From IMG/VR virus record IMGVR_UViG_3300028833_000094, positions 52,468 through 116,467 of that record: a DNA stretch of 64,000 nucleotides; one strand, given 5' to 3'. The translations under genes were made by a program, and so were the position numbers. The first letter of the stretch is position 1, and the number at the start of each line of letters is the position of its first letter. The notes beneath the pieces are model-generated. The model saw only the letters and a list, made by a program, of their open reading frames with translations, was not told the DNA's origin and made no database searches. This document shows, piece after piece, positions 29,632 to 38,900 of the stretch. Source of the DNA: a virus. Lineage: Duplodnaviria; Caudoviricetes.

Positions 29632-31239
29632 TTACTTATGCTTCCATTTTCTAGCATTTAATGCAAAGGTGGCCATCTTCTTTTGAGCAGGAGTTCCATG
29701 AGCTTTAAACCAAGAAGTAGAATGTCCTGTTCTCTTTTTTAAAGCAGTGAATTTTCCTCTATTTTCAGGCTTTATATGGATACCTCCTCCTTTGGAGAAG
29801 GGGTTGCCTGTAAGTAATCCTATGGTACTGAGGAAGGAATCTTCTTCTTGAGGATATGGATTGGTGAGATTCAGGATTCTATTAAAAGTAGAAAGCCTGT
29901 TCATTCTCTCTTGCCTATCTATTTCCTCTGGACTGTATGGGGATATAACTACTGGCTCTTGAACTTCTGGCTCTTCAACAACTACAGGTTGCTGATAGGT
30001 ATCAGGGGTAGCAAAGAAAACTTCTGGATTGAAGGGAGTGAATGGGATAGGGGATTCTAGGAATTCCTGGGATATACTGGGATTTATGGGGGCTATGGGA
30101 GTAGTGGGAGGGGTAGAAGGCTTAGCAGAAGCTATAGGCTGATTGTTAAATCTCACTGTTCCCATACCAGCCCTGCTTCTCATGCCATTGATATAATTCT
30201 GCATGTGCTGTCTCTGGGCAGCTTTCCATTGAGGACTCTTCGGGTCATACTTCACTTTGTCTGTAACATAGTAAAGATAGCCTTTACCAGCAGTTTCTGG
30301 ATTACCTAAGATAGTAGCATATTCATCAATATTCTTAGCTCCTAATGCAGACTTAAACTTGGAATTCATCATCTTCCATTTATCCTGCATATAGTCCTCT
30401 ACAGTATTGTATTTAATGTTCTTACCTCCTCTCTGCATACCACCAAAGTTATTCTTTTCTCTGGCAGCATTGCTTTTTCCTCCAGCACTTTCAAGGTCAT
30501 CCTGTGCTGTGAAGAACCCAGAAAGTCTTGCAGAATCTGCATCGCTTAATCCTTTATTCTTAAGAAAGTTATACCACCTGTTCTGATGTTGCTGATACCA
30601 TCCTGATGTAACTTTCTTCTTTGGACCACCTTTAACAAACTTATTACCATATATAGTAACATTAGGCAGAACTCCTCCCCAAGGAATACCATCATAAATA
30701 GGTAGGCTACCATCAGCTTCTCGGAGCTGTACCCCATTATCTTCAGCATTCTCCAAATACCATTTCCTATCATCCATACTGACAGGTCCTCTATAACCAT
30801 CGGGAGACATAGTAAAGACTTTATAGTCTGGAGACCATGTTCCACCTGTTAGTCCTTTAGGATTGGTTTTGGGATTTCTTACTCCTGAGTAAATACTACC
30901 ATCATTTCCAATACTCTTTGAACTAAATGTAGGATGATATACTGTTTTAAACTCATCAGAGAAATGTGCAGTAGGATCACCATTCAGCATTTTCCAGGCT
31001 TCTTCGGGATACTTATTAAAGAAAGCTTCATAGTCATAGGTATTGTCTTCATCAGGCTTAATACCCATGTATTCTGATATCTGTTTCTTCCAGCCATTAT
31101 AGCTCCAATCAGTATCTCCACCTTCAGCAAATTCATTGTATTCTCTCTTAATATCTTGAAGATTAGTAATACCATTCTTGACAGCTACTCTCATCATAGC
31201 TGCCTTCTCAGTCAAAGATAAATTATCCCAATTACCCAT
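29632..31239 (-). CDS. Modular putative virion protein with a GH73/glucosaminidase-like peptidoglycan hydrolase domain
   Basis: AQDDLESAGGKS..AREKNNFGGM...Y.TVEDY resembles the GH73 core. The likely start is ATG 31239, because the track's TTG start overlaps the promoter. Domains are delimited by FxxGG. Confidence 0.65.
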   Translation of the reverse strand: MGNWDNLSLTEKAAMMRVAVKNGITNLQDIKREYNEFAEGGDTDWSYNGWKKQISEYMGIKPDEDNTYDYEAFFNKYPEEAWKMLNGDPTAHFSDEFKTVYHPTFSSKSIGNDGSIYSGVRNPKTNPKGLTGGTWSPDYKVFTMSPDGYRGPVSMDDRKWYLENAEDNGVQLREADGSLPIYDGIPWGGVLPNVTIYGNKFVKGGPKKKVTSGWYQQHQNRWYNFLKNKGLSDADSARLSGFFTAQDDLESAGGKSNAAREKNNFGGMQRGGKNIKYNTVEDYMQDKWKMMNSKFKSALGAKNIDEYATILGNPETAGKGYLYYVTDKVKYDPKSPQWKAAQRQHMQNYINGMRSRAGMGTVRFNNQPIASAKPSTPPTTPIAPINPSISQEFLESPIPFTPFNPEVFFATPDTYQQPVVVEEPEVQEPVVISPYSPEEIDRQERMNRLSTFNRILNLTNPYPQEEDSFLSTIGLLTGNPFSKGGGIHIKPENRGKFTALKKRTGHSTSWFKAHGTPAQKKMATFALNARKWKHK

Positions 31240-31257
31240 AGTTAATCTCTTTTGCTG

Positions 31258-31265
31258 CAAAAGTA
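31258..31265 (-). promoter_or_regulatory. -7 promoter element (leftward)
   Basis: TACTTTTG(CA) on the - strand, 18 nt before ATG 31239. Confidence 0.65.
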
Positions 31266-31369
31266 AAAAATTCCCGTGATAGTACCAAAACCTTACGGGA
31301 TTTCTTATTCATTTAGAAAGTATTTATTAGGGATTCAGTTAAAAGGATACAGGATATTTGGTTATCCAG

Positions 31370-31377
31370 TACCTTTG
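31370..31377 (+). promoter_or_regulatory. -7 promoter element for the lysis genes (rightward)
   Basis: TACCTTTG, 15 nt before ATG 31393. Confidence 0.6.
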
Positions 31378-31392
31378 TGCTGGAGATAAGAT

Positions 31393-31599
31393 ATGGTGTT
31401 CATAATTCTCTATATGATAGGAGTGCTGGTTGCATGGGTACAACTGCAGTACTGGTTTAAGGACAGGATACTTCTCAATGAAGACTTTCAAGTCCTTACA
31501 GCCCTGAGTTTCCTGTCCTGGCTGGTATATCCTATATATCTGATAGCTTATTTAATGGATTACTTAGACAGTAGCGAAGATGACAGTAAACGCGATTGA
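31393..31599 (+). CDS. Small two-TM membrane protein (lysis accessory?)
   Basis: 68 aa, two hydrophobic helices, acidic tail. Confidence 0.5.
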   Translation: MVFIILYMIGVLVAWVQLQYWFKDRILLNEDFQVLTALSFLSWLVYPIYLIAYLMDYLDSSEDDSKRD

Positions 31600-31966
31600 G
31601 CAAGGAATTTCTCAAAAATGGAAAGATAGATTCCAGTACGGAGCAGCTGGGTTTTTGATAATTACGGCAGTTACATTGGCCTTTGTCTCCTTTATTATCA
31701 CCCTGACAGTAGGAGCAGGAGTGATAGCATGGGGAGGTCTGTCAATGGGAACTGCCTTAACGTTGATAGGTGGTGGAATGTACTTCCATAATCAACTGGT
31801 CACTTTTGAAACCAATGCCAACAGGAAGATGGAAGAAGTGACAACTCATGTAGAAAAGGAGATTAGAAGGATGAATCAGAAGCCCAGCAGGTATTCAAGA
31901 ATGTCTCCTGAAATGCCAGAGAAAGATTACTTTGACCCAGAAGAGCAAGACTTAGATGGACAGTAA
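31580..31966 (+). CDS. Putative holin
   Basis: Two TM segments and a charged C-terminus; overlaps the endolysin gene. Confidence 0.6.
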   Translation: MTVNAIEQGISQKWKDRFQYGAAGFLIITAVTLAFVSFIITLTVGAGVIAWGGLSMGTALTLIGGGMYFHNQLVTFETNANRKMEEVTTHVEKEIRRMNQKPSRYSRMSPEMPEKDYFDPEEQDLDGQ

Positions 31967-32606
31967 AAGCAATTTCATTATTATATTAGGTACAGCTCAC
32001 AGGATGAGAGAGCCAGGGAAACAGTCTCCTGATGGCAGGTTAAAGGAGTGTATCTATTCAAGGGAAATTGCTTCAGAAGTAGCAGCTAAGCTCAGAGCTT
32101 ATGGTTATAAGGTGGAGGTAGACTATATGCCATTGGACTTACCAAAGACTATGCAGTCACCTAACTATAAGCAGGAGCGGAGTAATGAGCTGGCTATGAG
32201 AGTTAACTATGTAAATGAGGTATGTAGGCAGCATGGAGCTAAGAATGTGCTGTATGTGAGTATTCATGTTAATGCCATAGGTAATGATGGTAAGTGGCAC
32301 AATGCCTGTGGGTGGCAGGTGAATGTCAGTAACAATGCCTCACAGAACAGTAAGAGACTTGCAGAATGTTTCTTTGATGCAGCCTCAGCTCATGGTTTGA
32401 AGACAAGGAAGCCTACAGCAACTCAGAAATATTGGCCTCAAAGTCTTTATGTATTGAACAATACCAAATGTCCTGCTGTCCTTACAGAGAATCTATTCCA
32501 GGATAATAAGCAGGATACAGAATATCTTTTGTCAGATGTAGGGAAGCATCAGATAGAGAGAATCCATGTAGAAGGAATTATTAGTTATCTAAATAATAGG
32601 GTGTAA
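31956..32606 (+). CDS. Endolysin, N-acetylmuramoyl-L-alanine amidase (Amidase_3)
   Basis: Zn-amidase motifs: AH...PGK.SPDG...E, L..RV...N, VSIHVNA, PAVLTENLF.DN. Confidence 0.9.
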   Translation: MDSKSNFIIILGTAHRMREPGKQSPDGRLKECIYSREIASEVAAKLRAYGYKVEVDYMPLDLPKTMQSPNYKQERSNELAMRVNYVNEVCRQHGAKNVLYVSIHVNAIGNDGKWHNACGWQVNVSNNASQNSKRLAECFFDAASAHGLKTRKPTATQKYWPQSLYVLNNTKCPAVLTENLFQDNKQDTEYLLSDVGKHQIERIHVEGIISYLNNRV

Positions 32607-32704
32607 TTGTTGTTTTTTTGAAAGTTAGTTAGTAATGTGGTGATTGATTAGTTTTTCATTAATTGATTAAATTTTCATTAGTTAGAAATTAGATTAAACA
32701 TTGT

Positions 32705-32736
32705 AAAAGGGAGGCTGTGAAGTTTCCCTTTTTTAT
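32705..32736 (+). terminator. Intrinsic terminator after the lysis cassette
   Basis: AAAAGGGAGGCT-GTGA-AGTTTCCCTTTTTT. Confidence 0.75.
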
Positions 32737-32739
32737 TTA

Positions 32740-32764
32740 GCTGCGATATAATCGCAACATACTC
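32740..32764 (+). repeat. Junction hairpin family, copy 6
   Basis: GCTGCGA-TATAA-TCGCAAC-ATACTC. Confidence 0.65.
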
Positions 32765-32823
32765 TATGTATTATCCTGTTAACTTGCTGAGAGCTAGCAG
32801 GTTTTTTGTATTTATTGGCATTG

Positions 32824-32855
32824 TTTGAGGAGCCTTTTATTTGTGCCTATCTTTG
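32824..32855 (+). promoter_or_regulatory. Complete Bacteroidota promoter (-33 TTTG, -7 TATCTTTG)
   Basis: TTTG at 32824-27, 20-nt spacer, TATCTTTG(CA) at 32848-55. Confidence 0.75.
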
Positions 32856-32876
32856 CAATGTTCTTGCAAGGATAAT

Positions 32877-32901
32877 GCTGTAGTTAAACTGCAGCCTACT
32901 G
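32877..32901 (+). repeat. Junction hairpin family, copy 7
   Basis: GCTGTAG-TTAAA-CTGCAGC-CTACTG. Confidence 0.65.
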
Positions 32902-32938
32902 ACAAATTAATTTTTTAACCGATTAAAATTTTAGAACA

Positions 32939-33919
32939 ATGGCACAAAATGAAGGTGTTTATGTTTTCCCAGATGCAATGGCAAAAGCTTCTGGTATTGA
33001 TCCTGGTCTGCTTGCACTGTTGAACCAGAATGGTGGTTTTGGTGGTAATGGCAACTGGATTTGGATTCTCTTCCTCTGGTTCCTTTATGGTAACAATGGT
33101 TGGGGAAATAATGGTTTTGGCAGTAACAATGGTACTGGTTATCTTGCCAATCAGATTTCTAACTCAGAAGGTCGTGATTTACTGTTGCAGGCTATTAATG
33201 GCAGAGCTGATGCTGCTGCTCAGTTGGCAAGTATTACTAACACATCTGTAGAGACTGTGAAGAATGGTATCTTCTCTCTACAGAATTCCATCAACCAGGT
33301 AGGTAATCAGGTAGGTCTCTCTGGAATGCAGACTATCAATGCTATCCAGGCTGGTGATGCTGCCCTTGGAAGACAGTTGTGTGAGTGCTGCTGCAATATG
33401 AGGTATGACCTTTCTCAGCAGACCAATGCTTTACAGGCTCAGGCAGCTAATAACTTTGCTGCTTCACAACTCCAGGCTGCTCAGAATCAAGCTGCTACAC
33501 AGCTTCAGATGGCTCAGATTGAAAGTGCAGACCAGCTTGCTGTATGTCAGCAGACTAATGCCCTCTCTTCTCAGGCTGCCAATAACACCAATAATATCCT
33601 TGGTGCTATTCAGGCCCAGAATGCTATGATTACCAAGGAATTCTGTGACCTTAAGGAGCGTGAACTCCAGAATAAGATTGATACACAGGGTGACATCATT
33701 ACCCAGTTGAGGAATCAGATTTCCAATGACCATCAGACTCTGCAATTCAATGCTGCCTTCCATGCACTGGATGATAAGGTAGATGCTATTGCTGCCAAGC
33801 AGCCAAATACTGTACCAGTAACTTGGCCTAATCTTGTGGCAGTGAACAACACTCCTTATGTTGGTGGTGGATTCAATCCTTGGGGATATGCATCAGGTGG
33901 TACTAGCTATTGGGGATAA
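32939..33919 (+). CDS. Q/N/G-rich protein with a hydrophobic segment and a CECCC motif
   Basis: 326 aa: GGFGGNGNW-IWILFLWFLY-GNNGWG, Q/A-rich helices, CECCC, C-terminal coiled coil; high-expression codons. Confidence 0.8.
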   Translation: MAQNEGVYVFPDAMAKASGIDPGLLALLNQNGGFGGNGNWIWILFLWFLYGNNGWGNNGFGSNNGTGYLANQISNSEGRDLLLQAINGRADAAAQLASITNTSVETVKNGIFSLQNSINQVGNQVGLSGMQTINAIQAGDAALGRQLCECCCNMRYDLSQQTNALQAQAANNFAASQLQAAQNQAATQLQMAQIESADQLAVCQQTNALSSQAANNTNNILGAIQAQNAMITKEFCDLKERELQNKIDTQGDIITQLRNQISNDHQTLQFNAAFHALDDKVDAIAAKQPNTVPVTWPNLVAVNNTPYVGGGFNPWGYASGGTSYWG

Positions 33920-33936
33920 TTAAAAGGTTTTGAGCA

Positions 33937-34272
33937 ATGGCAAGATTTCCATATCAGTATGCCAATATCAATGGCATCCCATGTATCAAAACCCAATCTG
34001 TAGCAGTATCAGACACAGCTGTTACCTTTAAGTTTGCTCCTGACTTTGACGGAAGACCTTTCAGAGGATTGATTCTGGTCTATATCTCTGAGGCTATTCC
34101 TGAAGGAACTACAACCACTCTGCCTATACAGTTCTCTATGGCTGGTATCACCAGTACACTGACTGCAGCAGGTGGAGCCAATGTAACAGTAGCAGACTTA
34201 CCTGGAACAGGAATCTATCTGGTTTACTTTGACAGGTGGGCAGATACATTACAGTTAATGAGTAATATCTAG
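33937..34272 (+). CDS. Hypothetical beta-rich protein
   Basis: 111 aa; second gene of the operon. Confidence 0.7.
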   Translation: MARFPYQYANINGIPCIKTQSVAVSDTAVTFKFAPDFDGRPFRGLILVYISEAIPEGTTTTLPIQFSMAGITSTLTAAGGANVTVADLPGTGIYLVYFDRWADTLQLMSNI

Positions 34273-34297
34273 TGAGTAATTTTTAAAGTTAATAACC

Positions 34298-34786
34298 ATG
34301 TTTTCAAATTTAAGCAAAGGCAGTGTCTTGTATGGACTTGAGACTAAGGGAGAGATAAAACTGTTTACAGCCCCTATAGAAAGTGTGAGCCTGCCTTATC
34401 CCAAACAGAGAAGCAATATTTTCGGACAGATGCCAGAAATGGTAGTGGATATAGTTGCCACAGTGAATGGTGAAAGGAAAGAGTTCAAGCAAGTGCCTAG
34501 TAACAGTGCTATTGCTGACTTTGGTAATGATACTTTTGTATTGGCTGATGGCAGAGATTCTCTCAATGGTCATGTGAATTCCATGCTACAGAACAGTAGA
34601 AATATTGTGAATAGTGTGGAGAAGCACAAGGCATTGATTTCCCAGTATGAAGATGTACTTGGCTATCTCAATCCTGGACAGGCTAATGACAGTGCTGTAA
34701 AGGAACTGAGAGGTCAGGTAGAAGATATGAAGACTCAAATGGCAGAGATGCTGTCTTTGCTTAAAGAGAAGACATCCAGTAAATAG
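34298..34786 (+). CDS. Hypothetical protein with a C-terminal coiled coil
   Basis: 162 aa. Confidence 0.7.
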   Translation: MFSNLSKGSVLYGLETKGEIKLFTAPIESVSLPYPKQRSNIFGQMPEMVVDIVATVNGERKEFKQVPSNSAIADFGNDTFVLADGRDSLNGHVNSMLQNSRNIVNSVEKHKALISQYEDVLGYLNPGQANDSAVKELRGQVEDMKTQMAEMLSLLKEKTSSK

Positions 34787-34795
34787 TTCAAGATT

Positions 34796-35020
34796 ATGAT
34801 GGTAATTAAATTTAGAAGCAGTGAGGAACATGAGGACCTGCTGAAGAAAGTGAAGAAGATGAAGAAATTCACTGAGGATTTGGAGGAATGCCTTGAAGAG
34901 GCTATGGAGGATGATTTTGAGTATCGTGGTGGCAGTTATCGCAAGGAATATGATGAGGATGACATGAAGCACTATGAGAGGATGAATGGTCGCTATGGCT
35001 ATCGTAAGGGCAGAATGTAA
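34796..35020 (+). CDS. Small charged protein
   Basis: 74 aa; acidic centre and an R/G/Y-rich tail. Confidence 0.65.
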   Translation: MMVIKFRSSEEHEDLLKKVKKMKKFTEDLEECLEEAMEDDFEYRGGSYRKEYDEDDMKHYERMNGRYGYRKGRM

Positions 35021-35074
35021 TTAATCAGGGTGGGGTGGATAGTATCCACCTCATCCATTTAAAACCTTATAGCT

Positions 35075-35491
35075 ATGTATTTCAGAAACACTGGTAGTTA
35101 TGATGAGATTCCTGAAGGAATGAAGCTGTACCTTAATAACTATGGCTGTCATTTCAACAAGAAGCTCTGTATGGAGGCAGTAAGCAGGATGTACACAGAG
35201 GAGAATGGTAAGAAGAAGAAACTGAAGCCTTATACAAAGGAACAGGTGGATGACTTGCTTTCTTCCTATGACATAGAGCTGAAACATAATAAGATGTATG
35301 ATGCTTGTTATGTTGCCAATATGTGTGCAAATGATTTCCTTGAGAAGTCTGTACCTGATGAGAAGCATCTGGCTATGTATGTAAAGGACTTACTGGATGA
35401 TCCTGATGCTGAAGAAGGATTTGTGTTTAACAGATTCTATGCTGATACTATGTTTATGAACAATCCTATTGATTGGGAGGAAATGGTTTAA
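35075..35491 (+). CDS. Conserved hypothetical helical protein
   Basis: 138 aa; YL..YG.HF.KKLC..AVS.M, YD..YVANM and D.D..EG..F.R motifs. Confidence 0.7.
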   Translation: MYFRNTGSYDEIPEGMKLYLNNYGCHFNKKLCMEAVSRMYTEENGKKKKLKPYTKEQVDDLLSSYDIELKHNKMYDACYVANMCANDFLEKSVPDEKHLAMYVKDLLDDPDAEEGFVFNRFYADTMFMNNPIDWEEMV

Positions 35492-35516
35492 GTAGTCACA
35501 TAGTGACTACCTACTG
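35492..35516 (+). repeat. Junction hairpin family, copy 8
   Basis: GTAGTCA-CATAG-TGACTAC-CTACTG. Confidence 0.65.
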
Positions 35517-35522
35517 TAAATT

Positions 35523-35915
35523 ATGGTTAGACAGCAATTTAGTGTGGAGTCCTATTGGGAAGTGATAGTATACTATAATATAAACTTCAGATTTCTGGAC
35601 TCCATCACTAAAGAGCTGAAAGAGATGGGTGTAACTGCAGCATCTATCAAGGAAGTCTTTGCCATGTTATATCATAGGAGGGCAAAGGCAGTAACCTATA
35701 GTAATATAGAGAAGCACATCAGTATAGTCTTATTCAATACACATACTTCCAGGAGAGACTATATCAATTCCATTGTACATGAAGCAGAGCATGTAAAGCA
35801 AGCTATGCTGAATGCCTATGATGTAGAGGATAGGGGAGAACCACCAGCCTATACCATTGGGTATTTAGTATCCCAGATGTTTAGGGTATTTAATAAGCTT
35901 CTTTATTGTAGTTAA
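35523..35915 (+). CDS. Small zincin-like metalloprotein
   Basis: HEAEH (HExxH) with a downstream E..AY. Confidence 0.6.
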   Translation: MVRQQFSVESYWEVIVYYNINFRFLDSITKELKEMGVTAASIKEVFAMLYHRRAKAVTYSNIEKHISIVLFNTHTSRRDYINSIVHEAEHVKQAMLNAYDVEDRGEPPAYTIGYLVSQMFRVFNKLLYCS

Positions 35916-35955
35916 GGGATTTCTTTAAAAGCCCTGTAATTCCGTAATTAGTCTC

Positions 35956-35963
35956 TACTTTTG
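35956..35963 (+). promoter_or_regulatory. -7 promoter element for the fibre block
   Basis: TACTTTTG, 22 nt before ATG 35986. Confidence 0.6.
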
Positions 35964-35985
35964 TAGAGGTTAAATTTTTATTACT

Positions 35986-38900
35986 ATGGGCTATATTAAG
36001 AAATTAAAGAACAATGAGCTTGTAGGAGGAACCGATAAGACTACTGTCTATCCAGTTACTTCTACTGAAGCTGTATTTGAAGAAATTACCGAAGGTAGTG
36101 AGAGTAATTTCAAAAGCCAAAAGTTCCTTAACAATAATATTACTGGAGATAGAATCAATAAAGAGACTATCACAGACTATAATATTGCTAAAGGTACTCT
36201 CAGTGAAGAAAAGCTTAATACTGAGCTTAAGACTAAAATTCAGCAAGGCGCAGATTCTTCATGGACTCCTAAGGGGGATTATAATGCAGAAACACTTTAT
36301 AATGCCAATGATTTAGCGTATGATAATAATACTCTTTCATCCTATCTTTCCCTTAAGGCAGATAATGTTGGGCATTCTGTAGAGGATACTGAATGGTGGA
36401 TGAAGGTTCTTAATGGAAGTTACATCCATCAGATTGAAGCAGATGCAGAAGCTGAAATTGATGCAGCATTAGAAGATACTAGAGCAGCTACTACTTTAGC
36501 TAATAATGCAGCAGAAAATGCCAATACTGTTTCAGAGCAAGTGGCATCTGATGTTGAAGATGCTATTGAAAGTCTAGGACAGCAGATTAGTGAGCTAATT
36601 GAAGACCAAGGAACCAGTGCTACTACAATTGTTACAGAACCTACTGATACAGACGGTGTTAAGCCAGTACAAAATTATGTTATAGGCCGTGCTCTTAAAA
36701 AATCAGAAGATTATCTGACTAATGATTTGAAAACTCTTGCTGTAGGAGTTAACTATAGCGCAAAAGAACCTGTAATCACTTCTAGTAAACAAATTCTAAG
36801 GATTACCCAGGATGTACGATTCTTAAATTTAACTGATACAGTTAAACAAGGAGAATTAAGAACTTATAATAATGCTACATATCAAGCTCAAGAAGATGTG
36901 AAAGAATTCGCAGATACATCTTTGACAGGAGCTTCTGTTGCAGAACCAGTATATGCTCTCGGCAGTCCCACTAAATTATCTCTTAATATTGAAAGAGGAA
37001 ATTGCAATATTGAGGCATCCTTTACTAATGGGACTGAAATAGTAGGAAATAAAGTAGATATTACTCCAGCTACAGGCTACACTCCAACTATTATTGCTAC
37101 GGCTGTATATGATGCATTAACTGCCCTTGGGGATACTGGATGGACTTTTACAGATAAAGGTAATGGTTCTATTACTGCAGAATATCCTGCAACTGATGGG
37201 TATTCTGACTATAATATTATCTTTAGTGAATCTTCTGGTATTACAAGTACTTCTACAGTATCTGTTACAGATAGCTCAACAAAAATTACGATGGCTTTCT
37301 CTGTAGGTGTTGGAAATATCGGTGCAACATTTAACGGTATTACTTACAATATTTCAGTAGGAGCTTCTACTACGAGTTCTCAGATAGCATCTTCTATAGC
37401 AGAAGCTTTTGAAGATGTAGAAGGTTGGAATATTGAAAATAGTGGAAATGTAGTTTCTGCAATATGCTTAGAGGCTGGGAACAATTCTTCCACTGAATTT
37501 AAACTTACAGACGGTGTACTGGGAGTAACTTATACTTTAAGCAAACCTTGGACTGGAAGTAATAATATTAGCCACTATGATGGTTCTGACTGGTATATTG
37601 ACACTCTTGCTACTTATTCTTCCAGCATTGTTTTTTTAAGCAATGATACTATTGATGAAGCATGGCTCATTGAAAATATCACAGAATCAGATTCTTTAGC
37701 AAAAGAAATCATTGAGGATGAATATACCGTATCCTGTGCTTTTAGCAAACAAAAAGAAGACTACGAAAAAAAGATAATAGATGATGAGTACGTTATAGCA
37801 AAAGCCATTGGAGACCATGAAGCAAGGCTTAATGAACTTGTAGGTGATGGAGGCACTTCAATCTATAATGGTAGTGTTTCCGATACAAATTCAGATGCTA
37901 TCAGTATTTTTGGTTCTTCCTACGGAGCTGCTCTGTCTAACTATGTTAACCCTACAAGCAAACATTGGGTTAATATATTGAATCTCTTTTCTGATTACAC
38001 TATACAAAACCTTTCTATGGATGGAACAAGCAATGCCCACCATATCATAAGGCTTAGAAAAGGACAAAGTGTTATGCTAAAGTCAGCAAGGTTTGCCCTT
38101 CTTGTTGACAACGAAAATCTAAAAGGAAGCATAGAACAATATTTCAAGAGTTTTATATACCTTTCCAAAGTAGTCAAATCATTTGGAGTCCAGCCTATTA
38201 TTGGAACATCTCATAATAGTTATTCCTATAATCAAGACGGACATTATTACTCCTCACTCCTTAGAGAATGGTGTAAAGAAAACCATACATTATTCATGGA
38301 TGCAAGTGAGTATTGTATGATTAATGGTATGAATACTGGGGCACACCCAAATGTAAGGCAGACTGCATCGACAGCCTATGCTTATATGGATGCCTTGGCG
38401 GGAATAGAAAGCCCAAGACAGTCTATGAAAATATACAAGGTTAGAAGTGGTGTAGATACTTCCAGCTTGGATAACCTAATATTTGATGATAATTATGAAA
38501 GGGCAAGAAGATTTGTTCCCGCTTCCACATCAACTACCTTCAATAATATTGCATTGATAAGTGTCATTCTTCCTGCTACTTCAAATTATTTGGACAAGGT
38601 GCGACTTAATCTCACTTGCAGCACTTCTGTCAATGTGTATTGTATGGACTCTGATACACCTCCATATCCAGAACTCACGGACTATACTAGATTTCATATC
38701 AACGATTCTTGTAATGTAGCAGAGGGAGACAGGTATAGTTATAATGGGACTATATTTACCGTTGTTTCTGTTGATACAGAGGATCACTATGGAGAATATT
38801 GTGATTTGTATTGCCTTCCCCTTGTTTCCGCAGAAGATGTTGACGGTACTTTGGTAAAAGAATCAGGAAGTAGTAGTAGTTCTTCGTCAAATATCAATTT

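Noticed and set aside
35033-35058. Possible eleventh junction hairpin (GGGTGGA-TAGTA-TCCACCT)
   Set aside because: The geometry fits, but the stem extends further and the 3' tail does not match, so I did not count it.
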